Positions 21,107 to 31,916 of a stretch of DNA of 32,000 nt are shown here, piece by piece. The position numbers were made by a program, and so were the translations under genes. The notes beneath the pieces are model-generated. The model saw nothing but the letters and a program-made list of their open reading frames with translations, was not told where the DNA came from and made no database searches. Source of the DNA: a cyanobacterium endosymbiont of Braarudosphaera bigelowii (GTDB lineage Bacteria; Cyanobacteriota; Cyanobacteriia; Cyanobacteriales; Microcystaceae); the NCBI RefSeq assembly GCF_020885515.1, contig NZ_AP024987.1:810001-842000 (forward strand), in the 5' to 3' direction. Within the stretch, counting starts at the first letter, position 1, and each line of letters opens with the position of its first letter.

Positions 21107-22591
21107 ATGATTAAATCTTCTTCTGACAAGACATATGAAGCGGTTATTGGATTAGAAACTCATTGTCAACTAAATACTACCAGTAAAATTTTTTGTGCTT
21201 GTTCAACTGAATTTAGTAGTTCTCCCAATACTAATATTTGTCCAATCTGTTTGGGATATCCTGGGGTTCTACCTGTCCTTAACGAGGAAGTTTTATCTTC
21301 AGCTGTTAAACTGGGTATTGCTTTGAAAGCTAAAATTGCCAATTATAGTAAATTTGATAGAAAGCAATACTTTTATCCTGATCTACCTAAAAACTATCAA
21401 ATTTCTCAGTATGATCTTCCAATTGTTGAAGGAGGTAATTTAGAAATTGAATTAATAAATAAAGCTAATCAAGAAGTTATCCATAAAAGTATTGGAATTA
21501 CAAGATTACACATGGAAGAAGATGCAGGAAAATTAATTCATTGTGGAAGTAATCAATTAACCGGTTCTAGTCATTCTTTGATTGATTTTAATCGTACGGG
21601 GATACCTTTGTTAGAGATTGTCTCTGAACCGGATCTAAGAACTGGCCAAGAGGCAGCAGAATATGCTCAAGAATTACGTCGTTTAGTACGTTATCTGGGA
21701 ATTAGTGATGGTAATATGCAAGAAGGTTCTTTACGTTGTGATGTTAACATTTCCATTCGTCCTTTAGGACAAATAGAATATGGTACAAAAGTAGAAATTA
21801 AGAATATGAACTCTTTTAGTGCAATTCAGAAAGCTATAGAGTATGAAATTAACAGACAGACTGATGTATTAAATAACAATAAAATTATCGCTCAAGAAAC
21901 ACGCTTATGGAATGAGGCTTCACAGGAAACGATAAGCATGAGAAAGAAAGAAGGCTCTAGTGATTATCGTTATTTTCCTGAACCTGATCTTCCTCCAATT
22001 GAAATTGGAAGTGATCAATTAGAAATTTGGAATAAAGAACTTCCTGAACTTCCTGCTTCTAAGCGTCAACGTTATAAAAATATATTTGGCTTATCTTCTT
22101 ATGATGCACGTATTTTAAGTGATGACCGAGATATTGCTGAATATTTCGAAGAAACTGTATCTAATGGTGCGGATGCTAAATTAGTAGCAAATTGGATAAC
22201 ACAAGAAATTGCAGCATACCTTAATAATGAAAAAATAACTATAGCTGAAATTGCTTTAAGACCGAGACATCTTGAAGAATTGGTTCTATTAATTGAGAAA
22301 AAGACTATTAGTGGAAAAATTGCTAAAGAAATTCTCCCCACTCTCTTAAAAGAAGGAGTATCGCCCCAGGATCTTGTTAATAAGCGCGACTTAACTCAAA
22401 TCTCTAACAAAGAAACGATCACAAAAATGATCGATGAAGTTATTAAAGCTAATCCTGCAGAAGTAAGTAAGTACAAAGCAGGGAAAAAGAAATTAAAGGG
22501 CTTTTTTGTAGGACAAGTTATGAAAAAAAGTGGAGGAAGAGTAGATCCTACGTTAACTAATCAATTAGTAGAAAAAAAATTGAATGAATAA
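21107..22591 (+). CDS. gatB: Aspartyl/glutamyl-tRNA(Asn/Gln) amidotransferase subunit B
   Basis: YEAVIGLETHCQL, TNICPICLGYPGVLPVLN, LPKNYQISQYDLPI, EDAGK, DFNRTGIPLLEIVSEPDL, SLRCDVNIS, DYRYFPEPDLPP. Confidence 0.99.
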   Translation: MIKSSSDKTYEAVIGLETHCQLNTTSKIFCACSTEFSSSPNTNICPICLGYPGVLPVLNEEVLSSAVKLGIALKAKIANYSKFDRKQYFYPDLPKNYQISQYDLPIVEGGNLEIELINKANQEVIHKSIGITRLHMEEDAGKLIHCGSNQLTGSSHSLIDFNRTGIPLLEIVSEPDLRTGQEAAEYAQELRRLVRYLGISDGNMQEGSLRCDVNISIRPLGQIEYGTKVEIKNMNSFSAIQKAIEYEINRQTDVLNNNKIIAQETRLWNEASQETISMRKKEGSSDYRYFPEPDLPPIEIGSDQLEIWNKELPELPASKRQRYKNIFGLSSYDARILSDDRDIAEYFEETVSNGADAKLVANWITQEIAAYLNNEKITIAEIALRPRHLEELVLLIEKKTISGKIAKEILPTLLKEGVSPQDLVNKRDLTQISNKETITKMIDEVIKANPAEVSKYKAGKKKLKGFFVGQVMKKSGGRVDPTLTNQLVEKKLNE

Positions 22592-22703
22592 GTAAGAAAA
22601 TTAAGGAATACTTACATATTTTTTACTAAGAAGAACATATACAAAGTTATCTTGATAATTTTTTTCTACTTTTACTTAATTTATATAAATAATATCATTG
22701 ATC

Positions 22704-23498
22704 TTATCCAAATTTTCCACTTATATAATGTTTAGTTGATTCCATTGTGGGATTATTAAATATAATATTAGTTTTATTATATTCAATTAATCGACCAGTT
22801 CTTTTTCCTTTGTCCGTTATTTCTAAGTTGTAGAATGCAGTGAGGTCAGATATTCTTGAAGCTTGATGCATATTATGGGTAACAATAACAATAGTGTGTT
22901 CTTCTTTTAAACTATTAATCAATTCTTCTATTTTTAGAGTAGAAATAGGATCTAAAGCCGCGCATGGTTCATCCATTAAAATAACATCAGGTTTTATAGC
23001 TATAACGCGTGCTATACAGAGTCTTTGTTGCTGACCTCCTGATAAGATTAGTCCGCTTCTATGTAGTTTATCTTTAGTTTCATCCCAAACAGTAGCTTTC
23101 TTAAGGGAAGTCTCTACAAGTTCATCCATATCACCTTTGAATCCATTAATTCTTGCGCCAAAAGCAATATTTTCATAAATAGATTTTGGAAAGGGATTGG
23201 GTCTTTGAAATACCATGCCAATACTAGAGCGTAGGTCTACAGGATTAACTTCTTTGGAATAAATATCTTTACCGTAATAGGTGATTTTACCAGATACTTT
23301 AGCATTTGGGATTAAGTCATTCATACGATTAAAGCATCGTAATACAGTACTTTTGCCACATCCAGAAGGTCCAATAAACGCTACTATCCTACCTTTAGGA
23401 ATAACTAAATCAACTCCTCGAACTACTAAATTGGAGCCATAGAAGACATTAAGGTTTTCTGTTTTTAAAATAGGTTCTATCTTAATATTATTTTTCAT
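22704..23498 (-). CDS. pstB: Phosphate ABC transporter ATP-binding protein PstB (copy 2 in operon order)
   Basis: Walker [10 protein letters not shown], signature [13 protein letters not shown], Walker [31 protein letters not shown]. Confidence 0.96.
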   Translation of the reverse strand: MKNNIKIEPILKTENLNVFYGSNLVVRGVDLVIPKGRIVAFIGPSGCGKSTVLRCFNRMNDLIPNAKVSGKITYYGKDIYSKEVNPVDLRSSIGMVFQRPNPFPKSIYENIAFGARINGFKGDMDELVETSLKKATVWDETKDKLHRSGLILSGGQQQRLCIARVIAIKPDVILMDEPCAALDPISTLKIEELINSLKEEHTIVIVTHNMHQASRISDLTAFYNLEITDKGKRTGRLIEYNKTNIIFNNPTMESTKHYISGKFG

Positions 23499-23546
23499 AT
23501 TTATATCTTGAACTTTATCTAGCCAATACCAATAAATTAATTAAAA

Positions 23547-24380
23547 TCAACCAAAATGTCCGCTTACATAATTCTTAGTATCCAAATTAGTTGGATTTTC
23601 AAAAATTATTTTCGTATTATTATATTCTGCTAAAAATCCTACTTTTTTTCCTTTTTCATTGGTCTCCGCATTAAAAAACGCTGTATAGTCAGCTATTCTT
23701 TTCGCTTGTTGCATATTATGAGTTACCAAAACAACAGTATAGTTTTGCTTTAACTCGTTTATTAGTTCTTCTATCTTTAAAACTGATATTGGATCTAAAG
23801 CTGAACAAGGTTCATCCATAAGAATAACATCTGGCTTAGCAGCAATTGTACGAGCTATACATAATCTCTGTTGTTGTCCCCCAGACAGAGAAAAGCCACT
23901 TTCTCCTAATTTATCTTTTACCTCATCCCATAGAACTACTTTCTTTAATGAAGTTTCTACTAATTCATCTAAATCTCCTTTAAAATTATGAATTCTAGCT
24001 CCATAAGCTACATTATTATAAATAGTTTTTGGGAAAGGATTGGGCTTTTGAAATACCATACCAATACGTTTTCTTACTTCAATGGGATCAACATTAGAAG
24101 CGTACAAATCTTGCTTACAATATGTAACCTTGCCTTTAAGATAAAAAGAATCAATCAAATCATTAAGTCTATTTAAAGATCTCAATATTGTACTTTTTCC
24201 ACATCCAGAAGGGCCAATTAAGGCAGTAACTCTGTTTTTAGGAATTGTAAAAGTAACGTCACGAATAGCTTTATGTCTTCCGTAATAGACATTAACAGAA
24301 TCTAAAGCAAAAATTGTTTCTAGGGTTTCTAAAGATTTACAATCTTGTGTATATTCCATGGTAGTTTGGTCTTTAAACAA
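23547..24380 (-). CDS. pstB: Phosphate ABC transporter ATP-binding protein PstB (copy 1 in operon order)
   Basis: [69 protein letters not shown]. Confidence 0.96.
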   Translation of the reverse strand: MFKDQTTMEYTQDCKSLETLETIFALDSVNVYYGRHKAIRDVTFTIPKNRVTALIGPSGCGKSTILRSLNRLNDLIDSFYLKGKVTYCKQDLYASNVDPIEVRKRIGMVFQKPNPFPKTIYNNVAYGARIHNFKGDLDELVETSLKKVVLWDEVKDKLGESGFSLSGGQQQRLCIARTIAAKPDVILMDEPCSALDPISVLKIEELINELKQNYTVVLVTHNMQQAKRIADYTAFFNAETNEKGKKVGFLAEYNNTKIIFENPTNLDTKNYVSGHFG

Positions 24381-24414
24381 CTAATTTTTCCTCATTACAC
24401 TGTATTTATCTAAA

Positions 24415-25296
24415 TTAATGAGTTTTTTGGCGGGCAACTAGACGAGATGCAACACTTGTTATTAATACCAAGAAAACCAAAATCAAAGAGGCAGACCAAG
24501 CAAGTTGTTTCTGAGGTGCAAAAGGTACAACCGAAAAGTTATAAATTAATACTGAAAGAGTAGCAATAGGTTCGAAAAGACCTTCTGGGGGGGTACTAGC
24601 CCAAAAGTTTGAATAAAGTGCTGTAAAAAGTAAGGGAGCTGTTTCTCCTGCTGCACGAGCGATCGCTAAGGTAATCCCTGTTACGATAGTGGGAGCTGCA
24701 GCTGGTAAAACTACTCCTAATACTGCCTGATAACTATATGCCCCAATTCCCAAAGCTGCCCAGCGTAAATCCTGTGGAACAATTTTTAAAGCCTCATCAG
24801 TCGTTTTTGTAATAGTAGGCAACATTAGTACAGAAAGTGCAGTTCCTCCAGCAATAGAAGAAAATCCTATAACTTTTGTCGCTATTAGTAATCCATATAC
24901 AAACACTCCAATAAGTATAGAAGGAACTCCACTTAGAACGCTAGCAGCAAATCTAACCCAATAAGCAATTTTATTATCACCACTGAACTCTGCGAGGTAA
25001 ATAGCTGCAAGAATTCCTATAGGAATGGCGATTAAGGAACCAATGCCTACAGTTAACAAAGTACCAACAATGGCATGAGCAACACCACCTTCCGAATACC
25101 CAGGAGGTGGTGAAAGCTGAGTGAAAAGTGGAAAATCAATTCTACGAACACCGCTATAACCTACAAAGAATAATACTGCAAATAACGGTATAATAGTACA
25201 GAACATACATAGAGAAGCAATACCAGTCCAAAAGCTATCCAATAATGAACGGGTATCTACAAGCTTTCTTGTGAGACTTAATTCTTTATCTTCCAT
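24415..25296 (-). CDS. pstA: Phosphate ABC transporter permease PstA
   Basis: Six-TM permease with GGVAHAIVGTLLTVGIGSLIAIPIGILAAIYLAE and GAYSYQAVLGVVLPAAAPTIVTGITLAIARAAGETAPLLFTA. Confidence 0.95.
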   Translation of the reverse strand: MEDKELSLTRKLVDTRSLLDSFWTGIASLCMFCTIIPLFAVLFFVGYSGVRRIDFPLFTQLSPPPGYSEGGVAHAIVGTLLTVGIGSLIAIPIGILAAIYLAEFSGDNKIAYWVRFAASVLSGVPSILIGVFVYGLLIATKVIGFSSIAGGTALSVLMLPTITKTTDEALKIVPQDLRWAALGIGAYSYQAVLGVVLPAAAPTIVTGITLAIARAAGETAPLLFTALYSNFWASTPPEGLFEPIATLSVLIYNFSVVPFAPQKQLAWSASLILVFLVLITSVASRLVARQKTH

Positions 25297-25584
25297 AGTT
25301 AAATAATATTTAGTAATTGTTTATAAACTTTTAAATAGAACAAAAAGTTTACAAACATGAGGAAAAAGAAATTGTTTTGGAATTATTTTTATAAAAAATG
25401 ATAAATAACCTCATTCTAAAAGTTAGTTTAAATTGGATAGTAGACCAAAGTTGAAATATCTTTCTAGATAAAAGATCCCATAAATTATTATCTCATAAAC
25501 TATTAACTAACAAATGACCATAAATTTATTTTAAAAAATTCTTTAATTTTTTTATTACTTAGTCTTTGCCCTTATGAGAGTTGA

Positions 25585-26544
25585 TTATTTAATACGAGCT
25601 TTATCAACAATAAAACCAGCAATTATATTTATAATAAATGTTAAAAATAATAATACTAAACCTGCATACATTAATGCCGAGACTTGCATTCCTGAAGCTT
25701 CAGCAAATTGACTAGCAATAAGAGAAGAAATAGTATTAGCAGGTTCTAAAACAGATACACTAATTTTGTTAACATTACCAATAATCATGGTAACAGCCAT
25801 AGTTTCTCCCATCGCCCTACCTAAAGCTAACATAATACCTCCGGCAATGCCAGGAAAGGCGGCGGGAAGAAGAACACGAAAAAGTGTTTCCCAACGAGTC
25901 GCGCCTAAGCCTAAAGAAGCTTGTTTCAGCTCAACAGGAAGAGAGTCTAGAGATTCTCTAGCGATAGCGGTAATAATAGGTACGATCATAATGGCTAAAA
26001 TAATACCTGATGCAAGAAGCCCCGTACCACCTATTGGGGGTCTACTGAAAATCGGTACCCAATACAAAGTGTCATATAGCCATTCAGCCAGAGGATGTAC
26101 TATTGGAGTTAAAACGAAAATTCCCCAGAGCCCATAAACAACGCTAGGGATAGCTGCAAGTAATTCTACTAGAAAAACTAAAGGAACTCTAATTTGAGTA
26201 GGAATAAAATCTTTTCCTAAAAAAATAGCTGTTCCTATACCTAAAGGAGCAGCAAAGAGTAAACCAATAGAAGAGCTGGCTACAGTACCATAAACAACAG
26301 GTAGTGCACCATAGTTTTCACGCCCAATAACTGGATTCCAAGACATACTGAAAATGAAGCCCAACCCATATTCTAAAATAGCTGGCCATGCACGCCAGAT
26401 AATAACACCAAAGATGGCAACTAATATCGAGCTAATTCCGATAGCAAGTCCTAGAGTTAGTATCCCAAACCACTTATCAATGGTTTTCTCGAAAGTAGAA
26501 CGAGATCCTAATCCTGTTTGTCGTCTAGAAAATAGTCGGGTCAC
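25585..26544 (-). CDS. pstC: Phosphate ABC transporter permease PstC
   Basis: WNPV...YGALPVVYGTVASSSIGLLFAAPLGIGTAIFL, PSVVYGLWG, GATRWETLFRVLLPAAFPGIAGGIMLALGRAMGETMAV. Confidence 0.96.
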   Translation of the reverse strand: MTRLFSRRQTGLGSRSTFEKTIDKWFGILTLGLAIGISSILVAIFGVIIWRAWPAILEYGLGFIFSMSWNPVIGRENYGALPVVYGTVASSSIGLLFAAPLGIGTAIFLGKDFIPTQIRVPLVFLVELLAAIPSVVYGLWGIFVLTPIVHPLAEWLYDTLYWVPIFSRPPIGGTGLLASGIILAIMIVPIITAIARESLDSLPVELKQASLGLGATRWETLFRVLLPAAFPGIAGGIMLALGRAMGETMAVTMIIGNVNKISVSVLEPANTISSLIASQFAEASGMQVSALMYAGLVLLFLTFIINIIAGFIVDKARIK

Positions 26545-26692
26545 AATAAACCTAGTAATTTTTGTTCTTTAAAAAACAACAATGAAAAAAGAAGAGATTA
26601 GAAGAGAATCTATAATTTAAATTTCACTGAAATCCAGAATTTTATGGTAACAAATACTCATCAATCACGAAATCAAAGCTAGGACTCTCAGA

Positions 26693-27850
26693 TTATTGCT
26701 TAGTTTGATTAAACTCAGTAAGATTAATATCATAATCAGGACTAATAGTGTCAGCTACTAGTGCCACTTTCTCTCTGACACTAAGTGGTAGAGTTATATA
26801 GCCCAAAGCTTTACTTTGATTCTGCCCTTCAGTTAAAGCGTACTCGATCATGGTCTCCATGGCAATTGCTTTTTTAGGTTCATCGTAACTTTTATAAGCT
26901 AGAATCCAAGTGTAAGTGACAATGGGATAAGAATCTTTTCCTTGAGGGTCTGTGATAAAAGCACGTAGATTATCTGGCAGTGCAACTGCTTCAAGAGTTT
27001 TAGAAGCAGTTTCGCTGTTAGCTTCAATATAATTACCCGCAGCATTTTCTAGCAAAGCAGTAGGTAGCTGACTGTTCTTAGCATAACCATACTCTATGTA
27101 ACCAATAGCTCCCTTATTTTGCTGAATTAGAGCAGTCACTCCTGCATTTCTTTTTCCTCCAATAAATTTTCCTGTAGTAATTGGCCATTCAACACTTCTA
27201 CCTTGGCCAATATCAGTTTCCCATTGTTGACTAATAGTGCTGAGGTGCTTTGTAAATACCCCTGTAGTACCACTACCATCAGAACGATGAACAACAGTTA
27301 TAGGTAAATTAGGTAATTGTTGATTTGGATTTAACTCAGAAATTTTAGGATCATCCCAATAAGTTATCTTTCCACTAAAAATATCTACATAAGCCTCTCT
27401 TGATAATTTTAGTTCAGTAATACCTGGAACATTATAAGCAATTACAATGCTGCCAGCAGTTATAGGAAGCATGTGAACACCTTTATCTACTCTACTAATT
27501 TCTGCATCTTCCATAGCGACATCACTGGCTCCAAAATCCACTATTCCCATAGTGAATTGTCTTACACCAGTTCCACTGCCCATAGACTGGTAATCAATTT
27601 GCAAATTAGGTATGGATTGATGAATTTGTGCGAACCAATTTTGATATAGAGGTGCAGGGAATGATCCACCTGTTCCAATTAAGGAAACATTTTCTTCTAT
27701 TGGAAATTTTGATGCTATATCTATCTGGGGATTGGATTCAATTGTTTTAACATTAGAAGGATTACCGCCACAAGCCTCTAGAGTTGCAACTACAGTTATA
27801 ATCGATAATGAGGTTATTGCCTGTTTAATTGATTTTCCAGTTTTAAACAT
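26693..27850 (-). CDS. pstS: Phosphate ABC transporter substrate-binding lipoprotein PstS
   Basis: Lipobox LEAC, GTGGSFPAPLYQNWFAQ, YQSMGSGTGVRQF, DFGASDVAM, HRSDGSGTTGVFTKHLS. Confidence 0.96.
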   Translation of the reverse strand: MFKTGKSIKQAITSLSIITVVATLEACGGNPSNVKTIESNPQIDIASKFPIEENVSLIGTGGSFPAPLYQNWFAQIHQSIPNLQIDYQSMGSGTGVRQFTMGIVDFGASDVAMEDAEISRVDKGVHMLPITAGSIVIAYNVPGITELKLSREAYVDIFSGKITYWDDPKISELNPNQQLPNLPITVVHRSDGSGTTGVFTKHLSTISQQWETDIGQGRSVEWPITTGKFIGGKRNAGVTALIQQNKGAIGYIEYGYAKNSQLPTALLENAAGNYIEANSETASKTLEAVALPDNLRAFITDPQGKDSYPIVTYTWILAYKSYDEPKKAIAMETMIEYALTEGQNQSKALGYITLPLSVREKVALVADTISPDYDINLTEFNQTKQ

Positions 27851-28469
27851 AAGAAGTTAATTGATTAAATAATCTAAACAAATATTAGAGCAGAATTGAA
27901 CATCTACAAAAGATATCTTATTAAGAAATTGAAAATAAAATAATATCGGGTAAAACATTAATAATCAATACATAAAGTAAGATTAAGAACTATCTTACTC
28001 GATTGAATAATGAATTTCAAAAAACTTGGGAAATATTAAAACTGTTTTTCTTCAATAAAATAGCATTGTTGATGTTCTGATTTTACAACTACTGTTAGGG
28101 TAATTAGCTTTACTAAATAATACTTATATCGTACTACTTTTCTACAGAACTATCTTTTGAGGCCTTTGATATTTCTAAAAATAACTAATATTTTTTGTGA
28201 GATAAAAAAGTGTTAATAGAAAGCAGAATGATTAATTTATACCTTGAGTTTTCCATAAAATATTTATAAATTAAAAATTGTACAATATTATTCAACCATA
28301 CGATTACTTACATATGATAAACAAATAATAGTGTAATAGGCGGCATTTCTGATAATCTTTTCAAGCAAAATTTTGAAAAAATGATAGATTATAACAGTGC
28401 AGCAACACAAATAAATATCTGTGTTGAAACTTTATAGTATTTATTCTCACATCTTAGTTCTAGCTTTAT

Positions 28470-29267
28470 ATGGTAACTGATGAATTAACTGCAAATTGGC
28501 AATGGAAAATATTAAAAGGTTCGCCTTACTTGACATGTAGTCTTTTGAGCAAATGGACTCACGGTTTTTTTACAAGATCTTTTTATCCTTTATTCCCTGA
28601 AGAAATAGGAAAATTTTTTCATTTAAATATAACCAACTATCAATTAAAACAGGTACATAGTAATCTTATTTTGTCATCTGATGAAATTGATAAATTTTCT
28701 TTTAATAGTAGATTGCTTCTAGGAGATGGGATAATTTCGAATAAGAAAGAACAAGCTCTTTGGGTGGCTAGTGCAGACTGTGTGCCTATTCTGATAGGAG
28801 ATCGTAAAACAGGTTATGTTGCTGTAGTTCATGCTGGATGGAAAGGAACTGCACAACGCGTTGTACCAGAAGCAATCATTCGGTTACAAGCTTGGGGAAG
28901 TTCTATAGAAAACTTGTATGTTGCGATGGGTCCAGCAATTAGTGGACGTGTATATCAGGTTTCTGAGACTGTCGCTACAAAAATACTAATGAGTTTGTTT
29001 AACAATAAAAAAGCATATGATATAAATGATATGCTAGAGTTTTTGCATAACACTCCTAATATTCCTGTTTTTTTTGATCATATAAAAAATAAGTTTTATA
29101 TAAGTATTGCTCAAGTTAATCAGATTCAATTAGAACAACTAGGTGTTCAGAAGAACAAAATATCTATCGCTCCTTATTGTACATATCAATCTTCTTCTAA
29201 TTTTTTTTCTTACAGACGTACTAATGCTAGACGGATTCAATGGTCAGGTATCATATCAGATACATAA
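28470..29267 (+). CDS. pgeF: Laccase-domain / peptidoglycan editing factor (YfiH, PgeF) family protein
   Basis: THGFFTR, QVHSN, SADCVPILIGDRKTGYVAVVHAGWKGTAQRVVPEAI, GPAISGRVYQV, YRRTNARRIQWSGI. Confidence 0.93.
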   Translation: MVTDELTANWQWKILKGSPYLTCSLLSKWTHGFFTRSFYPLFPEEIGKFFHLNITNYQLKQVHSNLILSSDEIDKFSFNSRLLLGDGIISNKKEQALWVASADCVPILIGDRKTGYVAVVHAGWKGTAQRVVPEAIIRLQAWGSSIENLYVAMGPAISGRVYQVSETVATKILMSLFNNKKAYDINDMLEFLHNTPNIPVFFDHIKNKFYISIAQVNQIQLEQLGVQKNKISIAPYCTYQSSSNFFSYRRTNARRIQWSGIISDT

Positions 29268-29853
29268 ATTTTAAAAAAATTATTTTATCTCATTTAATAA
29301 TTATTGCAATATTATTTCCTCATCTTATATTTTATAAGAAAATTATCTTAAGCATAAAGTTAATAACAATAAAAAGTTATCCTTAAGATTTTCAATTTTT
29401 TCATAAAAATAACTTTTGATTTGTACAATTGATATTCTATTTTAAATATTGATAATTAGTTAAGATCTTCCTTTCGACTTGTTTTATAGAGCATTAATCT
29501 TGAACAAAGTCTTTGCTACATATATCTTGAAGTAAGAATTCTCATACTAACTACTTTTTTAGCTTTTCCTATTTACTCTAATGAACTATTTTAAAAGTTG
29601 ATAAGCTATGATTAATGATGTTTATAATCATTAGAAATGCAGAAATTTCTAATACCTAAAACTATGATAGTTTTTATAAGTCTTATTAAGTACGTATCCC
29701 AAGTGATTTTTAGCCAATTAGTTAACGACAAATAAAATGAAAAGGAACCATTGAAATATTGTTAAATATTTAAAAAGGCTTATTTGTAAAAATCTTGAAT
29801 GACTGTACACCTTTTAATTATACTTAGTTATTGAGGTATTTAAATAAGAATTT

Positions 29854-31545
29854 ATGACCGAATCGACCCCTGCCTCGAATGTCCCTAATACTTTAATCGG
29901 ACGTCTTTCTTCAAAAGGGTGGATAGTAGTAGTCATTATGATTGCTGCTTTAATCTCAACTCCTATATTATTTGTATTCAGTAGTATTTTTACTGATGCA
30001 GGAGCTATCTGGCAGCATTTAGCTGATACGGTTTTAACTGACTACATTCTAAATTCTTTATGTTTAATGCTAGGCGTAGGAATTGGAGTATTAATTATTG
30101 GGGTTACAACTGCATGGCTTGTTAGTCTTTGTTATTTTACGGGGTGTGATTGGTTTGAATGGCTTTTATTAATGCCTTTGTCTGCTCCAGCCTATCTTTT
30201 GGCTTATACTTACACCGATATGTTGGATTACTATGGTCCTGTACAAATAGCTCTTAGAAATTGGTTTGGATGGCAAGACTTTAACGATTACTGGTTCCCA
30301 AATATCCGCTCACTGTGGGGAGCAGTTATCATGCTAATTCTAGTACTTTATCCTTATGTCTATCTACTAGCAAGAACTGCTTTCTTAGAGCAATCTATTT
30401 GTACGTTAGAAGCTAGTCGTTCTTTAGGTTGCAGTCCATGGCAAAGTTTTTTAAAGGTTACTCTTCCTTTAGCTCGTCCAGCTATTATAGCGGGATTAGC
30501 TTTGTCTTTAATGGAAACATTAAATGATTTTGGGACTGTCCAGTATTTTGGAATTAACACCTTTACCACAGGTATATTTAGTATTTGGTTTGATTTCGGA
30601 GAGAGACAAGCAGCTGGACAATTAGCTGCTTGTCTAATGTTATTCATTTTTTGTTTAATTATTTTAGAACTATGGTCTCGCCGGAAGATCCGTTATTATC
30701 AGAATAGTAGTGCTCGTATAAGATTACCTCGCTATCAGTTAAAATCATGGCGAGGTTTAATTGCTTGGCTAGTTTGCTTTTTGCCTTTTCTAGGGGGATT
30801 TCTCATACCTGCTATCTACCTAACTAAGTTAGTTATTGTTAATTTTACTACTGCCTTTGCCAATAATTTTTGGGGTCTAGCTAGTCATAGTTTGACTGTT
30901 GCTTTTATAAGCTCAATTCTCTCTGCTACCTTAGCTTTAGTTATGGCTTATGGACAACGTTCAGAAAATAATTTTCTTACCAATACATCTATTAAAGTTG
31001 CGGCCCTTGGATACGCTATTCCAGGATCAGTTATCGCAGTAGGAATACTAATTCCTTTAGGACGTTTAGATAATATGATCACTAACTTTATTGGACAAAT
31101 TTTTGAGATAAAAGTTGGTCTCTTAATTAGCGGTACAATAATAGCCTTAATCTATTCTTATCTAGTAAGATTCCTAGCCGTTGCTTTTGGATCGGTTGAT
31201 TCCAGCTTGGGAAAAATAAAACCTAGTCTAGATGATGCTGCTAGGAGTTTAGGATCTACACCTAGAAAAAATTTAATTAAGATTCATACACCTTTAATGA
31301 CTGGCGGGATACTTACAGCAATCATGCTAGTTTTTGTAGATGTAATGAAAGAGCTTCCTGCTACACTAGTCATTCGTCCTTTTAATTTTGATACCTTAGC
31401 AATTAGAGTTTATCAATATGCCTCAGATGAACGGCTTTCGGAAGCTGCTGCACCAGCATTAGCTATTGTTTTAGTTGGTTTAATTCCTGTTATTTTTCTT
31501 AGTTGGCAAATTACCAGATCACGACGTCATCAAGACTCTTTTTAG
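29854..31545 (+). CDS. futB: Iron(III) ABC transporter permease, FutB-like double-permease protein
   Basis: Two binding-protein-dependent permease halves with EAA-like loops (EASRSLGCSPWQSFLKVTLPLARPAI; DAARSLGSTPRKNLIKIHTPLMTGGI) and VDVMKELPATLVIRPFNFDTLAIRVY. Confidence 0.9.
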   Translation: MTESTPASNVPNTLIGRLSSKGWIVVVIMIAALISTPILFVFSSIFTDAGAIWQHLADTVLTDYILNSLCLMLGVGIGVLIIGVTTAWLVSLCYFTGCDWFEWLLLMPLSAPAYLLAYTYTDMLDYYGPVQIALRNWFGWQDFNDYWFPNIRSLWGAVIMLILVLYPYVYLLARTAFLEQSICTLEASRSLGCSPWQSFLKVTLPLARPAIIAGLALSLMETLNDFGTVQYFGINTFTTGIFSIWFDFGERQAAGQLAACLMLFIFCLIILELWSRRKIRYYQNSSARIRLPRYQLKSWRGLIAWLVCFLPFLGGFLIPAIYLTKLVIVNFTTAFANNFWGLASHSLTVAFISSILSATLALVMAYGQRSENNFLTNTSIKVAALGYAIPGSVIAVGILIPLGRLDNMITNFIGQIFEIKVGLLISGTIIALIYSYLVRFLAVAFGSVDSSLGKIKPSLDDAARSLGSTPRKNLIKIHTPLMTGGILTAIMLVFVDVMKELPATLVIRPFNFDTLAIRVYQYASDERLSEAAAPALAIVLVGLIPVIFLSWQITRSRRHQDSF

Positions 31546-31568
31546 AATTATTAGTGATAAAAACTTTA

Positions 31569-31605
31569 AATATTTTTTCATAATTAAAATCATGAAAAAA
31601 TATTT
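31569..31605 (+). terminator. Imperfect hairpin downstream of futB, possible terminator
   Basis: aaatatttttcat ... atgaaaaaatattt (one bulged A) followed by ttatttctg, beginning 24 bp after the stop. Confidence 0.45.
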
Positions 31606-31838
31606 TATTTCTGATAAGGGAATTGATATATATTAAATAATTTATAAAAAAACGTTTTAGTCTGGAGTTAGTATTGTTGTTCAGTTATGACATGACATAG
31701 AATTTTTCTCATTATTGGAAAAGATAACTTAAGACGATCAACATTACTTTCTTAAGATGCTATATTCTCTCTAATCTAATTCGGTCAAAGTAATCTACAA
31801 TTAACTACGATCACCATAAAAAACACAGGGTAAATCAT

Positions 31839-31916
31839 CTAGTCCATACTAAAACCTATAGAACAAAAACTACTCAAGATTTATTATCACGAGAAACTGG
31901 TTTTAGTATGGACTAG
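31839..31916. repeat. 18-bp perfect inverted repeat with 42-nt spacer
   Basis: ctagtccatactaaaacc (31839-31856) and ggttttagtatggactag (31899-31916). Confidence 0.9.

Noticed and set aside
22099-22341. ORF 22099..22341 (-)
   Set aside because: Antisense to gatB.
23988-24176. ORF 23988..24176 (+) and similar antisense ORFs at 25766..26137, 26354..26572 and 30360..30647
   Set aside because: All lie opposite strongly conserved pst or fut transporter coding sequence and show no recognisable domains.
24659-24666. HIP1 octamer GCGATCGC
   Set aside because: A single occurrence inside pstA was noticed. It is a common cyanobacterial genomic palindrome and alone is not informative.
27960-27990. Possible Pho box upstream of pstS (CTTAATCT on the minus strand, 27980-27987)
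   Set aside because: Only one half-site resembles the (C/T)TTAA(C/A)(C/A)T-type direct repeat; the following 11-bp-spaced units do not match well enough. A PhoB-motif scan or TSS map would be needed.
28000-29853. tRNA or other structured RNA genes in the larger gaps (27851-28469, 29268-29853, 5990-6621, 20629-21106)
   Set aside because: No T-arm-like GGTTCRAAUCC segment or cloverleaf recognised by eye. tRNAscan-SE/Infernal would be decisive.
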